Below, piece after piece: positions 1 through 11,092 of a stretch of 64,000 nt of DNA; within the stretch, counting starts at the first letter, position 1, and every line of letters starts with the position of its first letter. Under the pieces are notes generated by a model. That model saw only the letters and a list, made by a program, of their open reading frames with translations. It was not told the origin of the DNA and searched no databases. Position numbers and translations under genes: made by a program. Source of the DNA: Porphyridium purpureum (Eukaryota); the NCBI GenBank assembly GCA_008690995.1, contig VRMN01000005.1, forward strand, positions 372,001 to 436,000, in the 5' to 3' direction.

Positions 1-951
1 GGTTTTCCAATTTCCAATTTCACGGTGTCTCTTGATCTGCTGCAGCGCATCAATTTTCTGGACACGCATGAAGATGCCATCGCGGATGACAGTCATGTTA
101 TTTTGAAGGCATTTTTCAAGACCAACGGCATGGCACGCTTCCAGGCAGTGTGGGCGCCCATTAACATGCTCAATTTGAATGAGGGCAATTACTTCAAGAC
201 ACTGTGGGCCCGTTTTATCCAGGCAAAACGCCACTTTCGGGGCCAGCACGACTTTTCGTATGGCTTGAAGCAAATGCTCACGACCAGGCCGTGTTGGCTG
301 ACTCCGTTCGTCCTGATCAAACTGCTTGAGACTCATATGATGACAGTGCTGGGCCCGCTGTATATGATGGGAGCAATTCCATTCATCCAGCTCATGTCGT
401 GGATCAATCTGCCGGTTATGAATTTCAACAGGGCGGTTTTCATGCCGAACCCGGATGTTGTGATCGCGTTTGGTGCCTCCTTATTGGTCGCGTATATCAC
501 GCTGATTGTTTCGTACGAGCTGGTTCGCCGAGACTGCAACCGCCGCCTCTACCACCAGGAATCGCCTTCCGTCCTGTGGTCGTGGCAATACATTGCGCTG
601 ATTCCAGACACATTTGCTTACGTTATTATTCCGCACATGTTAACGTCGACGTTCTCGCTCATTCCGTGCATCGACCAGGGTGGCTTCAAAGTCTCAGCCA
701 AAGTAATTGTCTCGGGCGAGCCAGCATCTGTGCTTCCAGCGCTGCCGCAGGGCAGGAAGGATGCAGATGCGATCTCCGTGGTCACGGTTGAGGACGACAC
801 CTCCCCTGCGAATTCGTCTGGCGACATCGTGGACCCCAAGCACGAAGCAGCGAGTGTGGCGGCAGATGCGCAAGGAACCTCAGAACCGGTTCACCGGCTG
901 CCGGAACCCCTCATGATCCCGGAGCCAACGCCAGTCATGGCGGCAGCCTGA
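1..951 (+). CDS. Membrane glycosyltransferase, GT2-like (5'-partial)
   Basis: Frame appears to continue past the left edge. 'DTHEDAIADDSH' resembles the ED-type motif, 'QAKRHF' resembles QxxRW, followed by several hydrophobic helices. Confidence 0.55.
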   Translation, partial: GFPISNFTVSLDLLQRINFLDTHEDAIADDSHVILKAFFKTNGMARFQAVWAPINMLNLNEGNYFKTLWARFIQAKRHFRGQHDFSYGLKQMLTTRPCWLTPFVLIKLLETHMMTVLGPLYMMGAIPFIQLMSWINLPVMNFNRAVFMPNPDVVIAFGASLLVAYITLIVSYELVRRDCNRRLYHQESPSVLWSWQYIALIPDTFAYVIIPHMLTSTFSLIPCIDQGGFKVSAKVIVSGEPASVLPALPQGRKDADAISVVTVEDDTSPANSSGDIVDPKHEAASVAADAQGTSEPVHRLPEPLMIPEPTPVMAAA

Positions 952-1211
952 GAGGCCCGTGCCATGCCTGCGTTTCAGCTTGGGAGCGATTTTGAGTGTA
1001 CACTTTTTATTTCTTAACTTTATGATTCACGTTAAAAAGTGGCGATTCTTTAACAATCTCTCGCCCACTTTGGGTGTATGTTTTTTTTCGGTGACATCAA
1101 AACCTCATTCCGCGCTTCTAGCTACGGGAGCTGCTGCTAGTGTGGAGTTCGTGTTTTTGCTGGTGAGGTTTCTTGTTGTCGCGTCGGCCCGGGAGGCGCG
1201 TCGTGCATGCA

Positions 1212-2486
1212 ATGAGGGCGTCAGCCCGGGCGGCGCGAAAATTGGCGCAAGCAGAGCCGCTGGCGGCGCGGCTCCGCACGCATGATCCCATGCCCACAAG
1301 GCACCACGTGCCGCCGCAGTCGGCGCAAAGTAAGCCCAGGCCGCATTTAGGACCGCTGCCGGGCTTTCACGGCGGAATTTCGAGCGACGAGGCCATCAAG
1401 ATGCTGCCAGCGTACGCAAGCGCGCCTCAGACACCCATGAACCTGAAGACGCTGTTTGAGTTTGGCTCAAACCCAACGGCCGCGCGCGTCATGCTGGGCG
1501 CGCAGTTTCTGCACCGCGAGTTGCCCGTGAGACTTGCGCATCGCGTTCATGAACTCGAAACCCTGCCTTACGGACTCAATGACATGCGTTCCTTGCGTAT
1601 TGTGCGACGCATGTACGAAAAATCATTCGCAGACGTGCTGGCGACGCCGCGACCGACCGATGCCGAGCATGAGCAGGCCTTTGCCGATTTGCTCACATCC
1701 ATGTTGCATAAGCACGAGGACGTGGTCAAACTCATTGCACGTGCCGTTCTGGAACTCAAGTTGACCTCCGGCACCAGTTCGGACGACATTCATGTTCAAC
1801 GTTTTCTCGACCGCTTCTACATGTCGCGCATAGGTCTACGGATGCTGATGGCGCAGCAGATCGCCATTCGAGAACCTCGACCAGGTTACGTGGGCATCAT
1901 CAATTCGGCGTGCTCTCCTTCGGAAATCACGCTGGACGCAGCGGAGGCAGTTCGCAGTCTCGCTTATCGCCATTTCGGGGACGCGCCAGACATCGTGCTT
2001 GCAGGCCAGACGGATCTCGCGTTTCATTACGTTGACGGCCACTTATTCTTCCCCATGTTTGAGTTGCTCAAGAACGCAGTGCGAGCTACTGTCGAAACGC
2101 ACGAAGATTCACCAGCGCTGCCTCCTGTGCGGGTGATTATTGCTGACGGATCGGAGGACGTCACGATAAAGATCTCTGACGAAGGTGGTGGAATTCGCCG
2201 GTCGGGAATCAACCGGATATGGACCTACATGTTTTCGACTGCGTCGATTCCGCCGGAGGAGCTGCTCAACGTCAAAGAAGACGCGGATAACCCCGACGAT
2301 GACCCAATGTTTGCGCCGGGCCTCGCTCTGGATCCCATCGCTGGCTTTGGCTACGGACTTCCGCTGTCCCGTCTGTACGCGCGGTACTTTGGTGGAGACC
2401 TCACGATCGTCTCGATGGAAGGCTACGGCACAGACTGCTACCTCCACTTGTGCAAACTGGGCAACAAGGCCGAGCGCTTGTACTAG
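1212..2486 (+). CDS. PDK: Mitochondrial pyruvate dehydrogenase kinase (PDK/BCKDK family)
   Basis: FLHRELPVRLAHR, FLDRFYMSRIGLRML, ELLKNAVRA, ISDEGGGI, AGFGYGLPLSRLYARYFGGDL. ATG 1212 starts an Arg/Ala-rich presequence. Confidence 0.92.
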   Translation: MRASARAARKLAQAEPLAARLRTHDPMPTRHHVPPQSAQSKPRPHLGPLPGFHGGISSDEAIKMLPAYASAPQTPMNLKTLFEFGSNPTAARVMLGAQFLHRELPVRLAHRVHELETLPYGLNDMRSLRIVRRMYEKSFADVLATPRPTDAEHEQAFADLLTSMLHKHEDVVKLIARAVLELKLTSGTSSDDIHVQRFLDRFYMSRIGLRMLMAQQIAIREPRPGYVGIINSACSPSEITLDAAEAVRSLAYRHFGDAPDIVLAGQTDLAFHYVDGHLFFPMFELLKNAVRATVETHEDSPALPPVRVIIADGSEDVTIKISDEGGGIRRSGINRIWTYMFSTASIPPEELLNVKEDADNPDDDPMFAPGLALDPIAGFGYGLPLSRLYARYFGGDLTIVSMEGYGTDCYLHLCKLGNKAERLY

Positions 2487-2984
2487 TTCCATCTTTTATT
2501 ATTTCGGCATCTACGAGGAGACTTTACATTCGGCGTGAGTTGTGTCCAAGACCCTATTCATGGATCAATCGGGTCTTTCTCGACACAACAGCCGCACACT
2601 CAGCATGGATGTGTCGAGCTACGATGTCCCAGAGTCGATATCGTTTTGTATCGTTTGGATTTTTTATTTGACCACAGCGTCAGTCCAAGTTGCCTCGTCT
2701 GCATGCAATCGTATATATTCATAAATATGCTTTGTTGATTCATTCCTGTACAACGAGGTACCTCACGTGTCGTGAAGGAGCGCTCAGTATCATCCGTACA
2801 TCGGCTCGACTTTTCGATGAAGGCTGCAGACGGCCAGCTCTTCTCTAGAATCCGATGGATCTGCATCTCGCACACAAAACTTGTATCTGGCCAGACGCCT
2901 TTGCCACCCTCATGTAGACGATTTGCGTCAGACATGGACGATCGAAAGAGCTCCGCAAAGAATCCTTTTAGAGATCACTGCACG

Positions 2985-3533
2985 TCATGTGCCCCGTAAA
3001 GATTCGACAATCCATGCGAAACCTTCTTTCAGGCCTTCGCCACTGACGGCAGAGCTGGGCTGGATTCGCCACTTTTGTGTGGTTATCCGGTCGAGCCGCA
3101 GGGCGTCGGTAAGTTCCGCAATACCCATACAGTTCCGCTGATCCTGTTTGTTCGCAAAGACAAGCACCGCGGCCTCTTGCAATTCTTCCGATTCCAAAAC
3201 GCGGTGCAGCTCCTCGCGCGCCAAGTCGACCCGCTCAAAGTCGGTGCTATCGACCACCATAATGAGTGCCTTGGTATCCATAAAGTGCAAGGACCACGTA
3301 TTCCGCAAGTCCTCCTGCCCACCCAAGTCCCACACGCGCAGCCGCACGTTTTTGATTTCGAGCTGCTCCACGTTGGACCCGATTGTCGGATACGTCCGCA
3401 CGAGCTCCGATAACCCCAGGCTCATCCGGTAGAGGATACTCGTCTTGCCCGCGTTGTCCAACCCCACCATGCATATCTTGTACTCCCGCCACGGACTCAA
3501 ACCACGCAGCAGCGCGGAAAGCACAATCCCCAT
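2985..3533 (-). CDS. ARL5: ARF-like small GTPase (ARL5-like)
   Basis: N-terminal [30 protein letters not shown]. Confidence 0.85.
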   Translation of the reverse strand: MGIVLSALLRGLSPWREYKICMVGLDNAGKTSILYRMSLGLSELVRTYPTIGSNVEQLEIKNVRLRVWDLGGQEDLRNTWSLHFMDTKALIMVVDSTDFERVDLAREELHRVLESEELQEAAVLVFANKQDQRNCMGIAELTDALRLDRITTQKWRIQPSSAVSGEGLKEGFAWIVESLRGT

Positions 3534-3832
3534 CCCTCGCAGCACCTGCGCTCAACACCGCATCGCTCGCGCGAGAACTCTGATGGGATGCACCGCAACG
3601 TAGCCATGCTCTCCACAGTCAAGCTACAAGCAAACCCTACGCTCGAGTTGAACGCTGACCAGGTGTGCGATGGCGAGTGCGAAGGACCGGTGCGAGTTCG
3701 TCGCAAATAACGCGTGCAGGGCGCGACTTTCGCAGGAAGGAGAAACACTCCTGTGGCTTTGGAAAATGCTTATGACTTATGTTTACGGTCGTAGATGATG
3801 TATCGGGAAAAGCCGCGAGGCTCCCGAGGAAT

Positions 3833-4624
3833 CTATTCTTCGCCACGCGCGGCCTTCGCAGCAGCCGCCTCCGTGGCTTTTCCTCCGCGCAATCGGCCGG
3901 TCCTGCGCGCAGCAATAAGACCCACCTTGGCACCCGGGGGCGCGTCGCGACGAACAGTAGAGGGGTGACCAATGTGCTGGTGGTTACCACCACCGTGAGG
4001 ATGTTCCACAGGATTCATGCAAACACCGCGCACGCGTGGCCAGCAGTTGCGCTTGGCGCGGTACTTGTGGTACGCGCGACCAGCCTTCAGCAGCGGCTTG
4101 TCCGTTCTTCCACCTCCAGACACAATGCCAATCATGCCACGGCACGTGGACGGCACAATCTTTCGCGCGCCAGATGGCAGGCGAATGCGCGTCTTGTTGT
4201 TATCCAAGTGGTTCACCACGGTCACATAGACGCCCGACGCGCGGCCGAGCTTTCCGCGATCGCCCTGCTTACCTTCCACATTGCAGCAGATGGATCCTTC
4301 CGGCATCTCGCGGAGCGGCATCACGTTGCCGACTGTCAGCGTCGCCTTCTTCCCGCAGTAAATAGACTGGCCCGTGTACATGCCCTCCGCCGCCACGAAA
4401 AGCTCGCTGTTGCGCTTGAACTTGTACGGATCCCGAAACTCCACCTTGGCCAGCGGCGCGCCACGACCAGAGTCGTGCACAATGTCCTTCACCGTGCCCT
4501 TGATGTAGCCATGTCGCTCCGCAAAGTCCAAATGGCGCAGGCGCGCCGCACCTTGTCTCTTTGACGTGTGCGACAAAAAGATACCTCCCGCACCCTTACG
4601 CTGGCCGCGAATCACACGACCCAT
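3833..4624 (-). CDS. RPL8: 60S ribosomal protein L8 (uL2)
   Basis: [11 protein letters not shown] start, [30 protein letters not shown]. Confidence 0.98.
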   Translation of the reverse strand: MGRVIRGQRKGAGGIFLSHTSKRQGAARLRHLDFAERHGYIKGTVKDIVHDSGRGAPLAKVEFRDPYKFKRNSELFVAAEGMYTGQSIYCGKKATLTVGNVMPLREMPEGSICCNVEGKQGDRGKLGRASGVYVTVVNHLDNNKTRIRLPSGARKIVPSTCRGMIGIVSGGGRTDKPLLKAGRAYHKYRAKRNCWPRVRGVCMNPVEHPHGGGNHQHIGHPSTVRRDAPPGAKVGLIAARRTGRLRGGKATEAAAAKAARGEE

Positions 4625-4680
4625 CTTGACGCACGAACCGCAATCCCCACAAGCACGCCGTCTCCTTCGCCACTCCACGC

Positions 4681-4748
4681 CGCTCCTCACGCCTCCTCGC
4701 CCCTTCTGCCCCGCTCCTCACGCCTCCTCGCCCCTTCTGCCCCGCTCC
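4681..4748. repeat. Perfect 31-bp tandem duplication upstream of RPL8
   Basis: cgctcctcacgcctcctcgccccttctgccc at 4681-4711 and 4712-4742, plus a partial third copy. Confidence 0.9.
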
Positions 4749-4995
4749 AAACCGGCTTTATTCTTGCAAGAATCCTTTGTTTGAGAAAACGATTTTATAT
4801 TAAAACAACCTGGTTTCAGTAAGACAGGACCGACGTCGACGGCCACGCAGACTGTACCTGCGTGGCTTCTTACGCCTTGGCCTGTCGAACAAGACGATCA
4901 AACCCTCAAAATAATTAGGGGTGTTAGTTATGTATAGGGTCGAGACTTCGTTTTGTGGGGTCATGCGCCGTTGTGTTTGTTTGTGGGGATATTGA

Positions 4996-6080
4996 TCAAG
5001 ACGCCTTTCGCCACATGGCTGCTGCCGGAGACGCACAGACGGAGTGCACGGGCAGTCTCAATGCGGCGTCACCAACGTGCAGCAACCGCCGCAGTATGCG
5101 TGCCCCTCGCTTAGCAATCTCGTAGATAAAGGAGAGCATGCAGGCCTGTCGAAGGCAACCACAGCTATGATCAACAAATGGGATTCGCCAAGGAAGATTT
5201 TTGGGCCCGCAAAGTCTCTGCTTTCCAAACCGTTTCCCTAATTGTGCATATACTCCGTGGTGGACAGCGAACGTCAGCATCACGAGGAGCGGTGCGCAGC
5301 CGTGAAGGATCATCCACAGGAACTTTTGAAGCGATACCAGCTCATCAAAATCCACAAGCTCACATCTTTTTTGGTCTGTAAATACACTGTTATAGTTCAT
5401 CAAATAAGGTGCTACAAGCGTGCCATAAAAATATGCCTCAAACAGGTTTGTCGTCACGGTTCCTCCGAATCTTGCGAAGAGAAAACATCAGCCGAATCCA
5501 GGAATTTCATGCTCTTCTTTGAACTGTTCAGGGAGCCTGTTTCCCTCCTTATGCACCTGCCCCCGCTCATATACGAGTCCACTTCATTCTCAAACGCCGT
5601 GGGGCGCTGGTGACGCCAGACGCTCTCTGAATCCTGTCGGTGAAACAGGCTTCCGTTACTCGCACTCGAGCGCAATGCCGGCCGCGAGCATTCAAACTCA
5701 AAGTCCGGACTTGTTGTGGTCTGCGCCGGCCTGCTCACTGTTGCTTTGGATTCTTTTTCCCTATGCTCGCGGGGGCTCTGCGCCTGCAGCGACCTGAACG
5801 AGAACACAATCATATCCTTGCGCCTACGCACCTGCTCCTTGAAGTCACCCTGGAACGACGATACACGCGTACTCCCACCTTTCATCGTGGAGCGCTCAGC
5901 GGACGAAGGTGCGTCCACGTGCCTCTCCACCTTGGCTGTCGCAGTGCCAACAGCAACACCTGCACCTCGTCGCGGCTCCAGGGAAGCGGATGGCGAACCG
6001 GCGGCGACCTGCAGCGCTGGCAATGTGAGCGCACGTTGTGCTGGCTCCTGTTGTCCTTCTCTCGTTTGTCGCTCACTCAC
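4996..6080 (-). CDS. Hypothetical membrane protein with a Cys-containing, weakly PLAC8-like C-terminal part; probably two exons (intron 5471-5556), 5' end uncertain
   Basis: ORFs 5454-6080 and 4996-5457 join in frame if GTGCAT...GCTGAT-GTTTTCTCTTC-GCAAG is spliced out. Confidence 0.4.
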
Positions 6081-7325
6081 GAAAACCCCCTCCGCCGCCC
6101 AACACCAGTCGTCCCGCGCGTCGAACGTTTCGTTCCATCCGCGTCGTTTGAGTTGTTCGTGCTGAAATAGGGCGCCACAGGACCGACGCGATCAACACAA
6201 GTGACACCGATCGTGTCTGACTGCATGCTGTTTCGTCCATTCTTGTAAGAGAAGAGTCCATCTGAGTGGGTGTGCAGGCGTCAGTGCCAGGCGGGCCGTG
6301 CGCGCGTTTCTGGCAAGGAGAAATGACCGCCAACCGAGGTGGCCCACCGTATCGGACGCTTTCTGTGTATACTGTTCCCACGTCTGCTGCTGATGATGAT
6401 GATGAAATTGATCCAACAGGTATAGGTATGTAACCTTCACATAAGATGCAGAAACGAGCTTACGCTGCACGAAAATAGACAGGGACGGAGGATTTTCAGT
6501 GTCCTGTTCATAGGAGGACGACATCATATTCTTTAGCCCACCATTTTTCAAAAATTACAAAAGCCCGAAAAAAAGCGTTTGTCAACCCGCACCGCAGAAT
6601 CTCGTCGTTGCTTTCCCCCCGATCTAAACGGTCATCATCGCACGTTGGCGAAAGTAGCTGCTGGGGGTTAATTTAGCCGCATTGATTTATGAAGTCGTTT
6701 GAAACGAGAGGACGGCAACATGAGCGGTAGGCATCTAGCTCGCAGTGGAGGCGGACACAGATATAAAATTTGAAACCGAAAAGAGGTGGGCTGTTCCTAG
6801 ACGCGCTTCATGTTGTTTTTTGACCCAATGGCTGACAAGTTTGCTGCCGACAAAATGCAACAAGCCTTGCGCATCCAGTACTCGATTCGACCGTAAGCTC
6901 TTATGTTTGGACTGAGTTGTTGGTGATGCTGAGAGCTGAAAGGCGCACGCGCGCGCGCTAGTCCAAAGTTACACAGGCCCAAGGAAACGCTCGCATATGC
7001 GGAGTCTGCGAACTGTTTGAAAGAACCTATCGCAGTTTATCCTTCCTGGCGATCTGTGTCTACTGTCCTCCAAGCCATGCACGTCCGTGTGATTTTACCA
7101 AAATGGCACGAGGTCCCGCACGGCTTGCCGAAGCGCGTGAAGCTACAAACCCACCTGAGAGACTCGATCGAAGCTTAGGTCTCTGAACATACCCTCCACT
7201 ATTCTCGCACGCTCCGAACACCAGCTCGGCCCTCGCGGGCATCCTGGAGACAAAACAACGTGAAAAGCGCAATTGGGTCTAGCCCTTGAATGGTCCGGGA
7301 AGATCGGACTCCAACACTTTGTGTA

Positions 7326-8345
7326 TCACACGGAGCTTCTATCTTCGTCGTAGAGCGATGGACGTACCATCAGGTAGTAGACCAAGCCAAAGTAAGGGAC
7401 CGTTCTGGCCACCCACCCTGCCCGCGTGTCCTTCCATCTCCTCCTAGACATGTCATCTTTCACTAGAGCGCCCTGGAATGCCCAGAAGACCACAGCGTCA
7501 AGGAGAAAAGAAAAGGTGAGCCGGTCGGTCTGCACGAGGTTCACAAAGGATTTCACACGCTCAGACACATCGCCCAGCTCGGACGGGCGGCCTACGAAAA
7601 ACCACGCGACGCTGAGTGCCCCCACGATGCCAAGGACAAGCGGGTACGTGCGCGACTCGGCCACGCGCAGCGCCTTTGTGTCCTCGATGTCACCCTTGCG
7701 CACACTCACGGGTGTTGGGTTGGGGTCTCGGATGGCCAAGTAAACGATATTGAAAACGTTTGTCAGGAATGCGCTTCCAATCACGAAAGGAATGAGGCTC
7801 ACTTTCTGACCACGCTCATCGGACAAGAAGCAGAAATTCAGCAGGCCCCACGACACGATGATATTAAAGATGGCCTCGATGGTTGGGTTTACCACCGGAC
7901 ACAGTTGCGGGGTGAGAATCGGCATGATCAACCAAAAGTTGATGCTCAGGTCAAGCGCCAGCTTCCATGTCTCCGGCGTCGTATGGAAGATATCATTCCC
8001 GGGCGATTTGTCCGACAAGAACATGACTGTGACATAGACCGCCTCAAACCCCCACAGCGCGGCTTTCACCAGACCCAGGTTCTTGGAGCTGCGCGGGTTA
8101 TCATCCCCGCCATCCATGCCCTGGCTCATGGCCAAGACCGTGCGCATCGGAAACCTGAAAGCCGTTGCTCGACGAGCTTCCGGTCGAACGGTCAAAGACC
8201 ATGGCTCCTTCTTCCGTCGCTGCCCATCCCAGCGCGCTACACGCAGCTTGTTCCGCGGCGCGCAACACAGTCGGAGAGCGCGCGTTTCAGCAGCACGTCC
8301 TCCCGATGCCGGCAGTACGAACAACGCTTCTCCGCCTCTTCTCAT
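7326..8345 (-). CDS. Multi-pass membrane protein, DUF2834-like, probably plastid-targeted
   Basis: Transit-peptide-like basic N-terminus, several TM helices, 'AFLTNVFNIVYLAIR' and 'DDMSRR...VPYFGLVYYL' as remembered from the cyanobacterial/plastid family. Confidence 0.6.
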   Translation of the reverse strand: MRRGGEALFVLPASGGRAAETRALRLCCAPRNKLRVARWDGQRRKKEPWSLTVRPEARRATAFRFPMRTVLAMSQGMDGGDDNPRSSKNLGLVKAALWGFEAVYVTVMFLSDKSPGNDIFHTTPETWKLALDLSINFWLIMPILTPQLCPVVNPTIEAIFNIIVSWGLLNFCFLSDERGQKVSLIPFVIGSAFLTNVFNIVYLAIRDPNPTPVSVRKGDIEDTKALRVAESRTYPLVLGIVGALSVAWFFVGRPSELGDVSERVKSFVNLVQTDRLTFSFLLDAVVFWAFQGALVKDDMSRRRWKDTRAGWVARTVPYFGLVYYLMVRPSLYDEDRSSV

Positions 8346-8565
8346 TGTGACGTGCGCGCGTCAACCTCATCCACATGGCAACGGGCGAAAGAGCCACCAG
8401 CCGCCACTCCAGATCGTATCCATTTTGAAGATCGCGTCGCGATAAATTGCGCTCGTTTCCTTAGTAGAGACCGATCAGTATTTCGAATTTTGAAAATGGC
8501 ATGGGGAGAACGCGACTAGCTGAACGCCCAGTGGTGCGCGGCGGAAGGGACAAGGCGACGCGAGA

Positions 8566-9690
8566 ATGGAATTGAGAGACTGGAGCGGGCACATGGACAT
8601 GGGGGCAATGCTCGACATGGAGAATTGCGCGGGATGCTCCGCCGGGAGTCGGGCGGGAAGCTCTGCATTTGTGTTTGTGTTCCCGGCGAGCCGTCAAGCG
8701 TGGCTTGGCGGTGCGCCGCATGGTGTCAACGGGAAGGAGTCAATGGGAAATGATGTGGCGCTGTGCAGTGTTTCCAAGAGCGACAGTTCGCAGCGCGTAG
8801 TCGCCCGTGGTTCGTTTGCGTGTCGGATGTGCGCGCCCGCGTGGAATGGGCCGCCAGTGCGGGCTCCATCCGCTCAGACCGCAGCTGGAAGTTTGTTCGT
8901 GAACGCACCGGCACTGGAGAAAGAGCCGCGGTCACTGCGAGCACGTCAAGGAGCACTGAGTGTGCGCTTAGCACGGAAGGACGAGCTGCATCGCGTGGCA
9001 AGGATACGGGGTGAGGCATTCTACAGCCACTTTGATGAGGTCATTTTGCGAGAAAAGCAGCAGCAATTGTACCAGGGCGCGCTGGTACGACTGAGACGTC
9101 CTGGAACATTCTGCCTGGTAGCGGTCGATACATTGAGTAGAAATCCGGAGTCAGGTATGGCGCACGAGCACGTGGTCGCTACAGTGGATGTGTCGATCTT
9201 TGACAGTACGGGCGTACGTGTGCCTGCAGTATCTGAGAACTCGACGTTCCCGCGGCCATTTTTCAGTTCCGCAGTTGCAACTCAGCAAAGGCGATTCGCG
9301 GAAATGATCAAGGAGAAAGCTTTGGGGACTTCGCCGGCTGCTGCCAGTTCGCCCAGCGCTGCGTGTGCACACGACCGGCAATTTTATGTCAGCTCCATGG
9401 CTGTGTGCAGACAAGCGCGGCGACGGGGCGCCGCGAAACTGCTCCTACAGTACATAAAGCAGCTGGCCTCACGCGAGCATTCTGATCGAGGCATTTTCTT
9501 GCATGTGGACGAAACAAACCTCGCTGCCGTGCGACTGTACGCGTCCGCGCAATTTTCAAAAGTAGCAGACGGCCGTATTTCGTGGTGGATGCGAAGTTTG
9601 GCTGAAGACCATCATACGCTACTCATGTTCGACCCCACCGAACCAACCCAGTCCTCTCTTACGGACGCGGACATGCACGTTCAAAGGTGA
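8566..9690 (+). CDS. GNAT-family acetyltransferase (start codon uncertain)
   Basis: YVSSMAVCRQARRRGAAKLLL (motif A) and LHVDETNLAAVRLY (motif B). Confidence 0.8.
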   Translation: MELRDWSGHMDMGAMLDMENCAGCSAGSRAGSSAFVFVFPASRQAWLGGAPHGVNGKESMGNDVALCSVSKSDSSQRVVARGSFACRMCAPAWNGPPVRAPSAQTAAGSLFVNAPALEKEPRSLRARQGALSVRLARKDELHRVARIRGEAFYSHFDEVILREKQQQLYQGALVRLRRPGTFCLVAVDTLSRNPESGMAHEHVVATVDVSIFDSTGVRVPAVSENSTFPRPFFSSAVATQQRRFAEMIKEKALGTSPAAASSPSAACAHDRQFYVSSMAVCRQARRRGAAKLLLQYIKQLASREHSDRGIFLHVDETNLAAVRLYASAQFSKVADGRISWWMRSLAEDHHTLLMFDPTEPTQSSLTDADMHVQR

Positions 9691-9840
9691 CAAAGACAAG
9701 CTGTCGTCAGGTCTGACCGCGTCCTCACGCACAGTTCCAATGCACAATGTCCAAGGAAACGCGAAATGACAATAGGTTCTCTAGTTGCAAAACCGTCCGC
9801 TGATTTATTAAAGAAATCCACTTAACCGAGCGTCACGAAA

Positions 9841-10479
9841 CTACATGGCCATGTTCGCGGCCAGGTTCCCCTTTGTCGGAGTGAGCTTCACGTAGCAGCC
9901 GTCTGGAATGAGTTTGCCTGCATCCTTGAGCTCCTTGTATTCCTCGTGCGTAAAACGGGTGAAGCCCCACTTGTTCGACACAATGACCTTCTGGCGTCCC
10001 GGGAACTTGTACTTGGCGCGTCTGAGCGCCTCCATAGCGTGCACTGTGTTTGATTCCCTTGTTCGCAGAGACAGCAGCACCTGTCCGATACTCACGCGCG
10101 CCACCAAGCCCTGCGGCTTTCCAAACGCACCACGCATACCGGTCTGGAGCCTATCGGCCCCGGCACATGAAAGCATCTTGTTGATGCGCAGCACATGGAA
10201 CGGGTGCACACGGATGCGCATGTGGAAGGTATCCTTTCCTCCATACTTGACCATATATTTGTTGCACGAGACGCGCGACGCCTCCAGCGCCTCACTGCTC
10301 AGCTGCTGCTTCTCATCTGACACCAAATGCACGCACACCGGGAACTCGTCCACCGTCGCCTTCTTCTTCCCAAGATCATAAATGCGGATCTTCGGGTCCG
10401 GCACACCACGGCAGTACCGCGACTTTGGGTACGGCTTGTTCTTGCAGTACCTGTAGCACCTTGCCGGTCGACGCCCCAT
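9841..10479 (-). CDS. RPL10: 60S ribosomal protein L10 (uL16)
   Basis: [41 protein letters not shown]. Confidence 0.98.
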   Translation of the reverse strand: MGRRPARCYRYCKNKPYPKSRYCRGVPDPKIRIYDLGKKKATVDEFPVCVHLVSDEKQQLSSEALEASRVSCNKYMVKYGGKDTFHMRIRVHPFHVLRINKMLSCAGADRLQTGMRGAFGKPQGLVARVSIGQVLLSLRTRESNTVHAMEALRRAKYKFPGRQKVIVSNKWGFTRFTHEEYKELKDAGKLIPDGCYVKLTPTKGNLAANMAM

Positions 10480-11092
10480 CCTCAATCCTTCCGCAGCTCC
10501 CACGCGTCCTCGCCTTCCCTTCTCCCACTCTCACCCCTTCCCCTCCCTCTCGCCTCTTCCCCTCTCCCCTCTAACCTCCGCACAGTTCCCGTGTATACCC
10601 CGAGCCTGCTTCCTATCTAAGCAGCTCACTTTATCACACTCATCCATCCAGCAAGGTCGCGTCGAGGGTTCTGTTCGTCCATGGTCCGATTTCTCCTCCT
10701 GCTTGTCGCATGCCGTCGCCGACGCGCTGTGCTGTCGAGGCGGGAGAAGAACAAGGGGTTTCGACATGGCTGGCAATTTTGCTACTAAACCACACACAAA
10801 ATACTGCTAAAATGGAACATGGACGTGTTGCTGTGTTAAATGATACACGTCCGTCTAGATGGAAAGACAGGAGGGGGGAGCGGAATAGGATTGTCAAAAA
10901 ACCCTCGTTCTAACTGGATGGCTTGGTTAGAATCAGGGTTTGGACATGTTCATGCGAGGAAAGAAAAAAGGCGCGAGGTGGCGGATCGTGTGTGGGTGGG
11001 TGTGAAGGAAGCAGGGGACGCGGGGTGTGTGTGTTTGTGGTTTGTGAGGTGTGGCATTGGATGCTTGCGATGCATGGGTCTGGCGCAGTTTG

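Noticed and set aside
3779..4564. 261-aa ORF antisense to RPL8 (likewise 9908-10381, 46367-47086, 63372-63941)
   Set aside because: Antisense shadows of real genes in GC-rich DNA.
5454..5490. Selenocysteine/TGA readthrough or prokaryote-style GTGA coupling between the two ORFs
   Set aside because: A conventional intron explains the junction more simply, and no SECIS element was recognised.
6550..7060. Possible RNase P/MRP, snRNA or riboswitch
   Set aside because: No conserved boxes could be matched by eye.
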